Shown here piece by piece: positions 55,933 through 64,000 of a DNA stretch of 64,000 nt (position 1 is the stretch's first letter; every line of letters starts with the position of its first letter). The stretch comes from Gammaproteobacteria bacterium (GTDB lineage: Bacteria; Pseudomonadota; Gammaproteobacteria; Acidiferrobacterales; SZUA-150). Below the pieces are notes generated by a model. It saw only the letters and a program-made list of their open reading frames with translations, ran no database searches and was not told the origin of the DNA. The stretch spans positions 79,222 through 143,221 of the forward strand of contig JAOUOD010000003.1 in assembly GCA_029880545.1 (NCBI GenBank). Direction: 5' to 3'. Made by a program: the position numbers and the translations under genes.

Positions 55933-56473
55933 GTGTTTCAGACCTCGATAATTCTCGCACCGAACCGTATGTACTGTGGCATCGCCGGTGTCTCGTTTTC
56001 TGTGCGTCTAGTTAATCAGTTGTCAGATTTGGCCGGGCAGTGTGTAGGTGATCCAGCCAATATCGTGTCCCTGAGGTATTTTCCTCATACCTATAATAGT
56101 GTAGGGAAAGCGTTTATCGGCGCAAGGCCAGAAATCCTGTATTTATGTCCGTTTGACCGATGAACGGTTAGCCCACATCTCCGAAATCTGTCGCCAACAT
56201 GCCAATCAATTGTGAATCCGTGGTTGGCCACGGGTTGGGGAACAGGGTTTACTGGCTGCAAGATACTGTTTATAAAAATAAAGCCGAGTTCCAGGCGCGT
56301 GCACCCTGTCGCAGGATTGGTGTCCTGGGTTTCAGCAACGGCGCTCATGGCGTCAACGTAGCCGGGGAGCCGGGAAAATTACGTCTGGCGGCTGATACGA
56401 ATGTTTACACAGTTGCCCGGGGCTCATGGACGCATTCCATATTTCCGGGCCCAGTACGGTAATTGCTGATGCG

Positions 56474-57031
56474 TTACACGCCAACCACTTTGCTCAGGAT
56501 TTTCAGAGCCGTGAATAGCAGGAAAATTACCAGTATTGGCGAGAAATCAATTCCACCCATGGGTGGAATCAGGCGCCTCGCCGGGCGCATCAGGGGGTCA
56601 CTGATGCTGGCGCTTAGTCGGGCGACCGGGTTCTGGTATGCCGCATGAGGATTGATCCAGCTGATGACAATACTGATAAATATGGAGCCGATCAGGATAT
56701 AGATTGCCAATTGGATCAGCTGCGCCACGGCAATGATCGCCAGAATGGCGATGCCGGCCCGGGTATTGGTAATCAGGAAAAGAATGCCCAACTCGACCGA
56801 TTTGAGAATCAGCATCAGCGCGACAGAGGCCATATCAATGCCCCATAACCCGGGAATCAGACGCCGCATCGGGTTCAGGACTGGTGCTGTCATTTTGACA
56901 ATGCCTTGGGAAATGGGATTATAAAAGTCTGCGCGAACAATCTGCAGGATCAATCGCAACATCACAACGAAGATGTAGATACCAAACACTAGCTGAATGA
57001 ATTCCGCCAGAATTTCTGTGCCCAGGCTCAT
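56474..57031 (-). CDS. yggT: YggT-family integral membrane protein
   Basis: Start trimmed to the ATG at 57031, which overlaps the proC stop (ATGA). Two YGGT-type repeats are present (PISQGIVKMTAPVLNPMRRLIP...; PVARLSASISDPLMRPARRLIPPMGGIDFSPIL). Confidence 0.8.
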   Translation of the reverse strand: MSLGTEILAEFIQLVFGIYIFVVMLRLILQIVRADFYNPISQGIVKMTAPVLNPMRRLIPGLWGIDMASVALMLILKSVELGILFLITNTRAGIAILAIIAVAQLIQLAIYILIGSIFISIVISWINPHAAYQNPVARLSASISDPLMRPARRLIPPMGGIDFSPILVIFLLFTALKILSKVVGV

Positions 57032-57870
57032 TTGTCGTTTCCTCCGAACATTTGTGCCAGTTCCCTGGCCCGCCCGATGGCGGCATCGATGGCGCGTTGA
57101 CAAATATCGCGTAACCCGGCTTCCTCAAACGTGTTGATAGCCTGCTCGGTAGTGCCGCCGGGCGAGGTAACACGTCGTCGCAGTTGGGCCGGGTCTTCGT
57201 CGCTTTCCAGGGCCATTTTGGCCGCGCCCAGCGCGGTTTCCACTGCCAGCAAGCGTGCGTCGTTGCTGTCCAGGCCTCGGGCAACCGCAGCGTTTTCCAG
57301 GGCCTCTATCATCAGGAAGAAATATGCCGGTCCGCTGCCGGAAAGGGCCGTGATTACGTCCAGTTTCGCCTCGCTGTCGACCCATACGGTCACGCCACAG
57401 GCACGCATGAGGGATTCGGCAAAGTTTCGGTCGTCAGCGCTGGTGCCCGGGCTGGCATACAGGCCGGTCGCGCCCGAACCGATCAATGCCGGGGTGTTGG
57501 GCATGGTCCGAACCATGTTGAGCCCGCCACCGAGCCAGGACTGAATATCCTCGACCAGGATGCCGGCGACAACAGAAATAACCAGGGGCTTGCGCTGCTG
57601 AACCGCGGATGCCAGTGGCTGCAACACGGATTTGAGCAGTTGTGGCTTCACCGCCAGTACCAGTACGTCGCAATGACTGATCAGCTCTGAATTGTCCGCA
57701 ATACATGTCGTACCCAGTAGTGACGCGGTGGATGTTCGCTGATCATCATTGGGGTCGGACAAAATCAACCGCGCTGTTGGCCAGCCATTGTCAATCAGCC
57801 CCTTGGCGAGGCTGCGGGCCATGTTGCCGGCACCGATAAATCCAATCTTTCGCGTATCCATGATTCCCAA
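57028..57870 (-). CDS. proC: Pyrroline-5-carboxylate reductase
   Basis: 280 aa: IGFIGAGNMARSLAKGL..., VRTMPNTPALIG, and the C-terminal SPGGTTEQAI. Confidence 0.92.
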   Translation of the reverse strand: MGIMDTRKIGFIGAGNMARSLAKGLIDNGWPTARLILSDPNDDQRTSTASLLGTTCIADNSELISHCDVLVLAVKPQLLKSVLQPLASAVQQRKPLVISVVAGILVEDIQSWLGGGLNMVRTMPNTPALIGSGATGLYASPGTSADDRNFAESLMRACGVTVWVDSEAKLDVITALSGSGPAYFFLMIEALENAAVARGLDSNDARLLAVETALGAAKMALESDEDPAQLRRRVTSPGGTTEQAINTFEEAGLRDICQRAIDAAIGRARELAQMFGGNDK

Positions 57871-58127
57871 CCATTGATAGTGTCATTATGCCCGGATTCG
57901 GACCCGAGTTGTGACAAGTGTACCGCTATCCCGGGGCATGTACCAAAACGGACAGGCGGCACAGAATCCTGACTATCTAGCTGGATATCCCCGCACGGAC
58001 CCCTTGTTTGTCCGGGCTTGATAGTTATACTAAAACCAAGAATTCAAACAACCAAACGCACCGGCTGCCGATTTTCCACTTTTGTGGCGACAGGGTGGCC
58101 GGCACTGTAACCACATCTGGAGAGAGT

Positions 58128-59204
58128 ATGGATATTGCCGAGTTGCTGGCATTCGCCTTCAAGCAGGGTTCCTCGGATATTCACTTGTCGGCCGGGTTGC
58201 CGCCAATGATTCGGGTCGACGGCGAAATCAAGCGAATCAATGTTGATCCGCTGGATGATCGCACCGTTCATAACATGGTTTACGATATTATGAACGACAA
58301 GCAGCAGAAGGATTTTGAGGAATTCCTGGAGTGTGACTTCTCCTTCGAGATTCCCAATATTTCACGGTTTCGCGTCAATGCCTTCAACCAGAATCGTGGT
58401 CCCGGCGCCGTATTTCGTGTGATTCCGTCCAAGATCCTGTCACTGGAGCAGCTTAATGCTCCGCAGATCTTCAAGAAGATTTCCGAGCAGCCGCGCGGCA
58501 TTGTCCTGGTGACCGGGCCAACCGGCTCCGGCAAGTCAACGACGCTGGCGGCAATGGTCAATCATATCAACGAGACCAAGCACGAGCATATCCTGACCAT
58601 CGAGGACCCCATTGAGTTTGTACACCAGAGCAAGAACTGCCTGGTCAACCAGCGTGAAGTCCATCGTGATACCCTGGGGTTCGACAACGCCCTGCGTTCG
58701 GCGTTGCGACAGGACCCTGACATTATCCTGGTCGGTGAAATGCGTGACCTGGAAACCATTTCGCTGGCGCTGTCCGCAGCGGAAACTGGCCACCTGGTAT
58801 TTGGTACACTGCACACCAGTTCTGCCGCTAAAACCGTTGACCGTATCATCGACGTATTCCCGGCAGCGGAAAAAGACATGGTCCGGGCAATGTTGTCGGA
58901 ATCACTGCGCGCAGTTATTTCACAAACGCTGCTGAAAAAGATCGGTGGCGGCCGTGTCGCCGCGCACGAGATCATGATTGGTACGCCTGCGATTCGAAAC
59001 CTGATTCGCGAAGGCAAGGTGGCACAGATGTATTCGTCCATCCAGACCGGTCAGAAGGAAGGCATGCAAACGCTTGACCAGAACCTGCAAGGCCTGGTTC
59101 AGGCGCGCCAGGTGGATGTTAACGAAGCCAGGCTGAAGGCTGCCAACAAGGACAACTTCATGGGTGGTGGCGGTGGTCCGGCCAAGTTTGGTTCCGGCGG
59201 CTAG
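58128..59204 (+). CDS. pilT: Type IV pilus retraction ATPase PilT
   Basis: Start trimmed to the ATG at 58128 (MDIAELLAFAFKQGSSDIHLSAG). Walker A: GPTGSGKST. The Asp box, Walker B and His box are in order (ILVGEMRD, GHLVFGTLHT), with AIRNLIREGK. It has an unusual Gly-rich C-terminal tail (MGGGGGPAKFGSGG). Confidence 0.92.
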   Translation: MDIAELLAFAFKQGSSDIHLSAGLPPMIRVDGEIKRINVDPLDDRTVHNMVYDIMNDKQQKDFEEFLECDFSFEIPNISRFRVNAFNQNRGPGAVFRVIPSKILSLEQLNAPQIFKKISEQPRGIVLVTGPTGSGKSTTLAAMVNHINETKHEHILTIEDPIEFVHQSKNCLVNQREVHRDTLGFDNALRSALRQDPDIILVGEMRDLETISLALSAAETGHLVFGTLHTSSAAKTVDRIIDVFPAAEKDMVRAMLSESLRAVISQTLLKKIGGGRVAAHEIMIGTPAIRNLIREGKVAQMYSSIQTGQKEGMQTLDQNLQGLVQARQVDVNEARLKAANKDNFMGGGGGPAKFGSGG

Positions 59205-59234
59205 GAATTGGATACGGAATAACCAGGGGCAGGC

Positions 59235-60350
59235 ATGGTATTTACTGATTTACTCAAACTGATGAAACACAAAAAGGCTTCGGACCTTTTTGTAACGGCA
59301 GGCGTTCCGCCTTCAATCAAGGTGGATGGCAAGATTATGCCGGTTACCAAGCAGGCGCTGACGCCGGAGCAGTCCCGTGCCATGGCCTACGGCATCATGA
59401 ATGAAGAGCAGCGTCGCCAGTTCGAGGCCGATAGCGAATGTAATTTTGCCATTTCGCCCAAGGAGATAGGCCGTTTTCGTGTCAACGTATTCATGCAACA
59501 GCGCCAGGTAGGCATGGTGTTGCGTACCATTGAAACCGACATCCCGAGGTTTGATGACCTGAACCTGCCCAAGGTGCTGGCGGATATCTCGCTGACCAAG
59601 CGCGGGCTGGTTATTTTTGTCGGTGGCACCGGTTCCGGTAAATCCACGTCACTGGCGGCGATGATCGGCTACCGAAACGAATACAGCTACGGCCATATCA
59701 TCACCATCGAAGATCCTATTGAGTACGTTCACGAACACAAGAACTGCATTGTTACCCAGCGTGAAGTGGGTGTGGATACCGAATCATTTGGTGCCGCACT
59801 GAAAAACACCCTGCGCCAGGCACCGGACGTAATCCTGATCGGTGAAATTCGTGCCCGTGAAACCATGGAATACGCGGTGCAGTTTGCCGAAACCGGTCAC
59901 TTGTGCCTGGCAACCCTGCATGCCAACTCTGCCAACCAGGCGCTTGATCGCATTATCAACTTCTTCCCGGAAGAGCGGCGCCAGCAATTGTTGATGGACC
60001 TGTCGCTGAACCTGAAGGCGGTTATCTCGCAGCGCCTGATCCCGCTGAAGCAGGGCAAGGGTCGGGTACCGGCGGTTGAGGTCATGATTAATACGCCGCT
60101 GATTGCCGACCTGATTATGGACGGCAGCATTCATGAGCTGAAAGAGCTTATGTCGAAATCCGGCGAGGCCGGTATGCAGACATTTGACCAGTCGCTGTTC
60201 AACCTGTTTGAGGCTGATCTTATTTCCTATGACGAAGCCCTGCGCAATGCCGATTCAGTCAACGATATCCGGTTGCGTATCAAGCTTGAAGGCAAGGATG
60301 CGAAAACCAGGGAGCTTGGGGAGTCAATGGAGAATCTTTCCATTAGCTAG
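59235..60350 (+). CDS. pilU: Type IV pilus ATPase PilU (PilT paralogue)
   Basis: 371 aa: ASDLFVTAGVPPSIKVDG, GGTGSGKST, ILIGEIRARETMEYA, GHLCLATLHAN. It is immediately downstream of pilT. Confidence 0.9.
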   Translation: MVFTDLLKLMKHKKASDLFVTAGVPPSIKVDGKIMPVTKQALTPEQSRAMAYGIMNEEQRRQFEADSECNFAISPKEIGRFRVNVFMQQRQVGMVLRTIETDIPRFDDLNLPKVLADISLTKRGLVIFVGGTGSGKSTSLAAMIGYRNEYSYGHIITIEDPIEYVHEHKNCIVTQREVGVDTESFGAALKNTLRQAPDVILIGEIRARETMEYAVQFAETGHLCLATLHANSANQALDRIINFFPEERRQQLLMDLSLNLKAVISQRLIPLKQGKGRVPAVEVMINTPLIADLIMDGSIHELKELMSKSGEAGMQTFDQSLFNLFEADLISYDEALRNADSVNDIRLRIKLEGKDAKTRELGESMENLSIS

Positions 60351-60449
60351 TATTTTGCACCGTGATTTCAGGCCGCAGTATAGACGATACCTGCTGCAGG
60401 TGAGCGGACTGAATTTTCGACAGAACTGAAGAAACCACGAAAGAAACGC

Positions 60450-61046
60450 ATGCGCTGTATACCTATCAATGAATTAAGGAACAATGGATTGCCGGAACGC
60501 TTGCCGGCACAAACCCGTATGGGCGTCTGGAAGCGCAGCACCGGGTTCGAGGTGATCCTGCCTTATAGTCTTGGCTTTGTGTCCTGGTTGATCATGTACC
60601 TGGGCCTGGTGGCGCTGGTTGCCGGAGCAGTAGCTATTGCCTATTATTTTCCGGGCACTGGTGTCGGGCAGCGACTCGTATTGTACTGTGTACTGGCACT
60701 GATGATCCTGATCTACATTTTCTTTATGGCGCACCGCCGGAAGATGGTCAATCACACCAAGATACGTATCGATATGACACCGCTGCGATTGACGGTAACG
60801 CGCGTCAGTCCTGCAGGTGTGAGCAAGCGATTGAACGAGTTGCCGGTGCGCGAAATTGAGGAAATCTGTATTGATGTTGCCAAGGGTATCAAGATCAATG
60901 GCCAGATCGAGGATTTGAGTTACGGTTTCTGGGTGGGTGCCGGGTTGTCGGCGGAAGACCTGCATTATCTGGCCTGTGTTATCGGCCAGGTGACCAAGCT
61001 GACCATGCAGGATGCCAACCCACTGGAAACATTCGAACTGCGGTGA
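60450..61046 (+). CDS. Hypothetical two-TM membrane protein
   Basis: 198 aa with two adjacent hydrophobic helices (FVSWLIMYLGLVALVAGAVAIAYYF; LVLYCVLALMILIYIFFMA). I recognise no family. Confidence 0.45.
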   Translation: MRCIPINELRNNGLPERLPAQTRMGVWKRSTGFEVILPYSLGFVSWLIMYLGLVALVAGAVAIAYYFPGTGVGQRLVLYCVLALMILIYIFFMAHRRKMVNHTKIRIDMTPLRLTVTRVSPAGVSKRLNELPVREIEEICIDVAKGIKINGQIEDLSYGFWVGAGLSAEDLHYLACVIGQVTKLTMQDANPLETFELR

Positions 61047-61068
61047 GCCCCGTTGTCGGCGTGACGAA

Positions 61069-61896
61069 TCAGGGCTGTTGAACTACCCACATTTCAACTT
61101 CCAGCTCTTCGACATCATCTCGCTTGATTTCGTAGGAAAACAGGCCGCCTGGCGAGTTCTTCCCGACTACCAGCTTGTCTCCAGCCATGGCCAGTAGTGT
61201 GCCCTCGCGGGGCTGACCGGTTTTCAGGGTAATCCGTACCTTGGCATCAACATGGTTCCCGGCCTCGCGCAGCGGCGTTTTTACCCAGGCCAGTTCCTTG
61301 ACCACGCGCGTGCTCCTGCGACGTTCTTCCCATTGCTTGTTCCATCGTTCGCGAGCTCGCTGGTGAGATTCGCGCGAAGCTTTTTCGGCTTCCTCCTGGG
61401 ATTGCCGCGTGACCGCCTGCTGCTCCTTTTCGAGTCGTCGGGCATGTTCCTGTTCAGCTGCCGTGTCCCTGGGCTGGTAGGGCCTTCCGTCTAGCATCGC
61501 TTTTGTCATTCGGGTCAGCTCGGCTACATACTGCTCCCTGGTTTCCAGCGCTTCAAGATTACTGGTCAGGGTGGCGAGCGGCTGCTGGCCCGGCAACAGT
61601 GACAGGGCACTGGTAATCACAATGCTGCCTGCAATGATATTCAGCGCCAGCGCCAGCCAGGCCTGTCTGAAATTCATAATGGCAAAAACGACAGGAACCA
61701 GCACGATTAGCACCGAAGTGGGCGCACGCCATGGATTGTCCAAGAATGTATAAATATAGATTACCGTGCCAAGCAATGGGGCCAGCAGGCAGCCAACGCC
61801 CCACCAGGCATGCTTTCTGAACGCCATTATCAGCAACCAGGCGCCACTCATTGCGCCGAGCAGCAGACCGAGTATGAGCCCGATGCTTGTATCCAA
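61069..61896 (-). CDS. Hypothetical membrane protein with a charged coiled-coil linker and a small C-terminal beta domain
   Basis: 275 aa with about 4 N-terminal TM helices, an Glu/Arg/Gln-rich segment (EQEHARRLEKEQQAVTRQSQEEAEKASRESHQRARERW) and a C-terminal region KVRITLKTGQPREGTLLAMAGDKLVVGK. I recognise no family. Confidence 0.5.
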   Translation of the reverse strand: MDTSIGLILGLLLGAMSGAWLLIMAFRKHAWWGVGCLLAPLLGTVIYIYTFLDNPWRAPTSVLIVLVPVVFAIMNFRQAWLALALNIIAGSIVITSALSLLPGQQPLATLTSNLEALETREQYVAELTRMTKAMLDGRPYQPRDTAAEQEHARRLEKEQQAVTRQSQEEAEKASRESHQRARERWNKQWEERRRSTRVVKELAWVKTPLREAGNHVDAKVRITLKTGQPREGTLLAMAGDKLVVGKNSPGGLFSYEIKRDDVEELEVEMWVVQQP

Positions 61897-62058
61897 TCGA
61901 ATTGTCTCCAGGTTGGTCTGGTTATGCCTTTGATTATAGGCATATTAGTTCGTAGAATTTAAGTTTCGATTGTACCCGTGTTTCGGATTTTACAACGCGC
62001 CAGGCGGGAATCTCTGCTAACATCGGGCCTGGTCTGCAATTCAATTCGGAGATTAATC

Positions 62059-62340
62059 ATGGCAAAAGCCCGCGCCAGGCACATCCTGGTAGACAATGAA
62101 GCCAAATGTAATGAACTCAAGGCCGAAATTGAGGCCGGCGCCGATTTTGGTGATGTAGCGAAGGCCTATTCGAGCTGTCCTTCGGGTCGCCAGGGCGGTG
62201 ACCTGGGCGAATTTTCGCCGGGTCAAATGGTGAAAGAATTCAATGATGTCGTATTTTCTGCTGAAGTGGGCAAAGTGCACGGCCCGGTGCAGACACAGTT
62301 CGGCTATCACCTGATCGAGATTACCAGTCGTACCGATTAG
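62059..62340 (+). CDS. ppiC: Parvulin-type peptidyl-prolyl cis-trans isomerase C
   Basis: Start trimmed to the ATG at 62059. The 93-aa product is MAKARARHILVDNEAKCNELKAEIEAGADFGDVAKAYSSCPSGRQGGDLGEFSPGQMVKEFNDVVF...GYHLIEI, a near-textbook PpiC. Confidence 0.9.
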   Translation: MAKARARHILVDNEAKCNELKAEIEAGADFGDVAKAYSSCPSGRQGGDLGEFSPGQMVKEFNDVVFSAEVGKVHGPVQTQFGYHLIEITSRTD

Positions 62341-62366
62341 TCCTCCCGGCATATTCTGCTGACGGG

Positions 62367-63653
62367 TCAGTCGTCGTTGTATTCGTAAACGACTTGTCCG
62401 CCCACCAGGGTGCGGACGACTCGACCCGTAAAGTTCCAGCCAATAAACGGACTGTTCTGGCCGCGACTGACAAAATCTTCGTGGCCCAGGGTCCAGTTTG
62501 TGTCGGGATTGATAATGCATATATCCGCAGTGGAGCCTGGCCCGAGGTGGCCGCTGTCGATCCCGATGATTGAAGCGGGATGATGGGTCAGGCGGGCGAT
62601 AGCCTCTGGCAGGGTCAAAATGCCGTCATCGACCAGTCTCAGGGTGAGGGGCAGCAGCGTTTCCAGTCCTGATATGCCTGGCTCCGAATCACTGAACGGC
62701 GCCAGCTTGGCATCGGCTTCGTGAGGCTGGTGGTCGGAACAAACCGCCGATATCACGTTATCTTTCAGGGCTGCGCATAATGCTTCCCGGTCACGTTGTG
62801 AGCGTAACGGCGGCCACACGTGGCACTGGGTGTTGAAGAAGCCGATATCATGCTCAGTCAGGTGCAGGTGGTGGGCGCTGACGTCGGCGGTGACGCGCAA
62901 GCCACGGGCCTGTGCTTCAGCGATCATGTCTACTGCCCGGGCGCTGGAGATCTGGCTGAAGTGGGCGCGTACCCCGGTTTGCTCGATCAGCGCCAGGTCG
63001 CGTCCGACGGCTGCTGTTTCGGCGGCCTCGGGAATTCCTGGCAAACCCAGGCGCGTGGCCACTTCACCTTCGTGGGCGCAGCCATCCTTGCTTAGCCAGG
63101 GATCAAAAGAATTAAAAAATACGGTCAGGTCGAAACTGGTGGCATATTCCAGGGCCCGGCGAAGCACCAGCGTGTTGGTGACAGGATTGAGGCAATTACT
63201 CAGTGCCACGCAGCCAGCTTCATCAAGAGCCTCCATGTCGGAGAGCATCTCGCCATCCAGGTTGCGCGTCAGCGCGCCAATGGGGTGAATGAATGCCATG
63301 CCATAGCGCCAGGCGCGTTGCTGGATCATTTGCGCCATCGCAGGCGTATCAATAACCGGCACGGTGTCAGGCGGACAACAGAAAGTGGTTACGCCACCCG
63401 CCACGGCGGCACGGGTTTCCGATTCGATCGTGGCCTTGTACTCAAGACCCGGTTCGCGTGGCCGTGCTTTCAGGTCAATCAGGCCGGGGCAAACAACCTT
63501 GCCGCTGGCATCGATAACCTGTTGTTCGTGAAAATCTTCCGGTTTGTCGCCGACGGCAGCGACAAAGCCTTCGTCATCAATATAAATGTCGGTGATCGCA
63601 TCAAGGTCATGCGCCGGATCAATGACACGACCACCCCGGATAACAAGGCTCAT
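62367..63653 (-). CDS. pyrC: Dihydroorotase-like protein, probably the non-catalytic PyrC' partner of aspartate carbamoyltransferase
   Basis: 428-aa amidohydrolase fold. The first metal-binding motif PGxIDxHVHxRxPG reads [14 protein letters not shown], so the HxH is missing. Its start overlaps the pyrB stop by 4 nt, as in Pseudomonas pyrB-pyrC'. Confidence 0.8.
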   Translation of the reverse strand: MSLVIRGGRVIDPAHDLDAITDIYIDDEGFVAAVGDKPEDFHEQQVIDASGKVVCPGLIDLKARPREPGLEYKATIESETRAAVAGGVTTFCCPPDTVPVIDTPAMAQMIQQRAWRYGMAFIHPIGALTRNLDGEMLSDMEALDEAGCVALSNCLNPVTNTLVLRRALEYATSFDLTVFFNSFDPWLSKDGCAHEGEVATRLGLPGIPEAAETAAVGRDLALIEQTGVRAHFSQISSARAVDMIAEAQARGLRVTADVSAHHLHLTEHDIGFFNTQCHVWPPLRSQRDREALCAALKDNVISAVCSDHQPHEADAKLAPFSDSEPGISGLETLLPLTLRLVDDGILTLPEAIARLTHHPASIIGIDSGHLGPGSTADICIINPDTNWTLGHEDFVSRGQNSPFIGWNFTGRVVRTLVGGQVVYEYNDD

Positions 63654-64000
63654 GACTCACCCCCGGTGCTGCGAACATTGGGGCGGTTGCCCTGACCTTG
63701 GCCACCCATAATCAGCGCCATGACCGCCATGCGCACGGCAATACCGTTGGTGACTTGCGGCAGGATGACTGAACGGTCGCTGTCAGCGACCTTGGAATCG
63801 ATTTCCAGCCCACGGTTCATCGGACCCGGGTGCATGACTATGGCATCGCTCTTGGCCATGGCCAGCTTTTCTTCGGTCAGGCCGTAGAGATTGAAATATT
63901 CCTGTTCGCTGGGGATGAGTGCGCCCTGCATGCGTTCCCGCTGCAGTCGCAGCATGACCACGACGTCAACATCATCCAGTCCGGCATACATATCGTAATG
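63650..64000 (-). CDS. pyrB: Aspartate carbamoyltransferase catalytic subunit, C-terminal part (gene continues beyond the right edge)
   Basis: The translation ...[13 protein letters not shown]...[60 protein letters not shown] shows the conserved HPGP..RG.EI motif of ATCase. Confidence 0.9.
   Translation of the reverse strand, partial: HYDMYAGLDDVDVVVMLRLQRERMQGALIPSEQEYFNLYGLTEEKLAMAKSDAIVMHPGPMNRGLEIDSKVADSDRSVILPQVTNGIAVRMAVMALIMGGQGQGNRPNVRSTGGES

Noticed and set aside
56199-56462. 87-aa ORF containing a GFSNG (GxSxG) nucleophile-elbow-like motif, possibly an alpha/beta-hydrolase remnant
   Set aside because: A single 5-residue motif is weak evidence. The ORF lacks the upstream oxyanion region and the downstream Asp/His, has no Shine-Dalgarno, and overlaps another equally unconvincing ORF (56091-56348) on the other strand. 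It is left uncalled. BLASTX could reveal a pseudogene.
58008-58127. N-terminal extensions offered by the ORF track for pilT and several other genes
   Set aside because: The other genes are the histidine kinase (30183), the ankyrin protein (25081), yggT (57103), the bactofilin (41014), ppiC (61978), the DUF3060-like gene (32065), the lipoprotein (32975) and the kinase (20212). In each case an internal ATG is preceded by a better Shine-Dalgarno. That ATG yields a canonical family N-terminus or signal peptide, or removes an overlap with the upstream gene or a hairpin. The extended versions were therefore rejected.

Overview
This 64-kb window looks like chromosomal DNA from a microaerobic, sulfur-oxidising gammaproteobacterium; that identity is inferred from gene content only. 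I call about 55 protein-coding genes and find no rRNA, tRNA or CRISPR. Most of the window is core metabolism. From left to right the recognisable blocks are: motAB; an HDOD signalling protein, a peptidase and a PAS histidine kinase; a complete cbb3 oxidase system with ccoIS placed divergently from yohC-like-ccoNOQP-x-ccoGH; assimilatory nitrite reductase nirBD with an FNT channel and a fused PP2C-phosphatase/Ser-Thr kinase; the dissimilatory sulfur genes sat-aprBA; moaDE; a TauE/SafE exporter; a bactofilin; pyrE; xthA; ampG; metXW; a dynamin-like GTPase; proC-yggT; pilTU; ppiC; and pyrB-pyrC'. Two small genes absent from the ORF track, ccoS and ccoQ, plus a partial motB, were recovered by hand translation. 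The less ordinary parts are these. (1) Two adjacent cupredoxin proteins carry complementary halves of the multicopper-oxidase copper-ligand set. Only the first has a Tat signal. A Crp-family regulator and two CRP-type palindromes lie upstream. (2) A regulator-linked cluster of exported proteins spans 22-28.3 kb: ankyrin-repeat, DsrE-like, a UshA-like phosphoesterase lacking the catalytic His, and a double-thioredoxin protein. (3) An AT-richer accessory patch at 28.5-33.6 kb holds an IS3 transposase remnant and a hairpin-dense non-coding tail. (4) A 1310-aa lipoprotein has 7 Ig-like plus 14 FG-GAP repeats and contains a perfect 507-bp tandem duplication. (5) The sat-aprBA locus has no adjacent aprM or qmo genes. 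It is followed, after a strong terminator, by a YkgJ-type Cys-cluster protein. All functional calls come from reading the translations and recalling family motifs; no database search was run.
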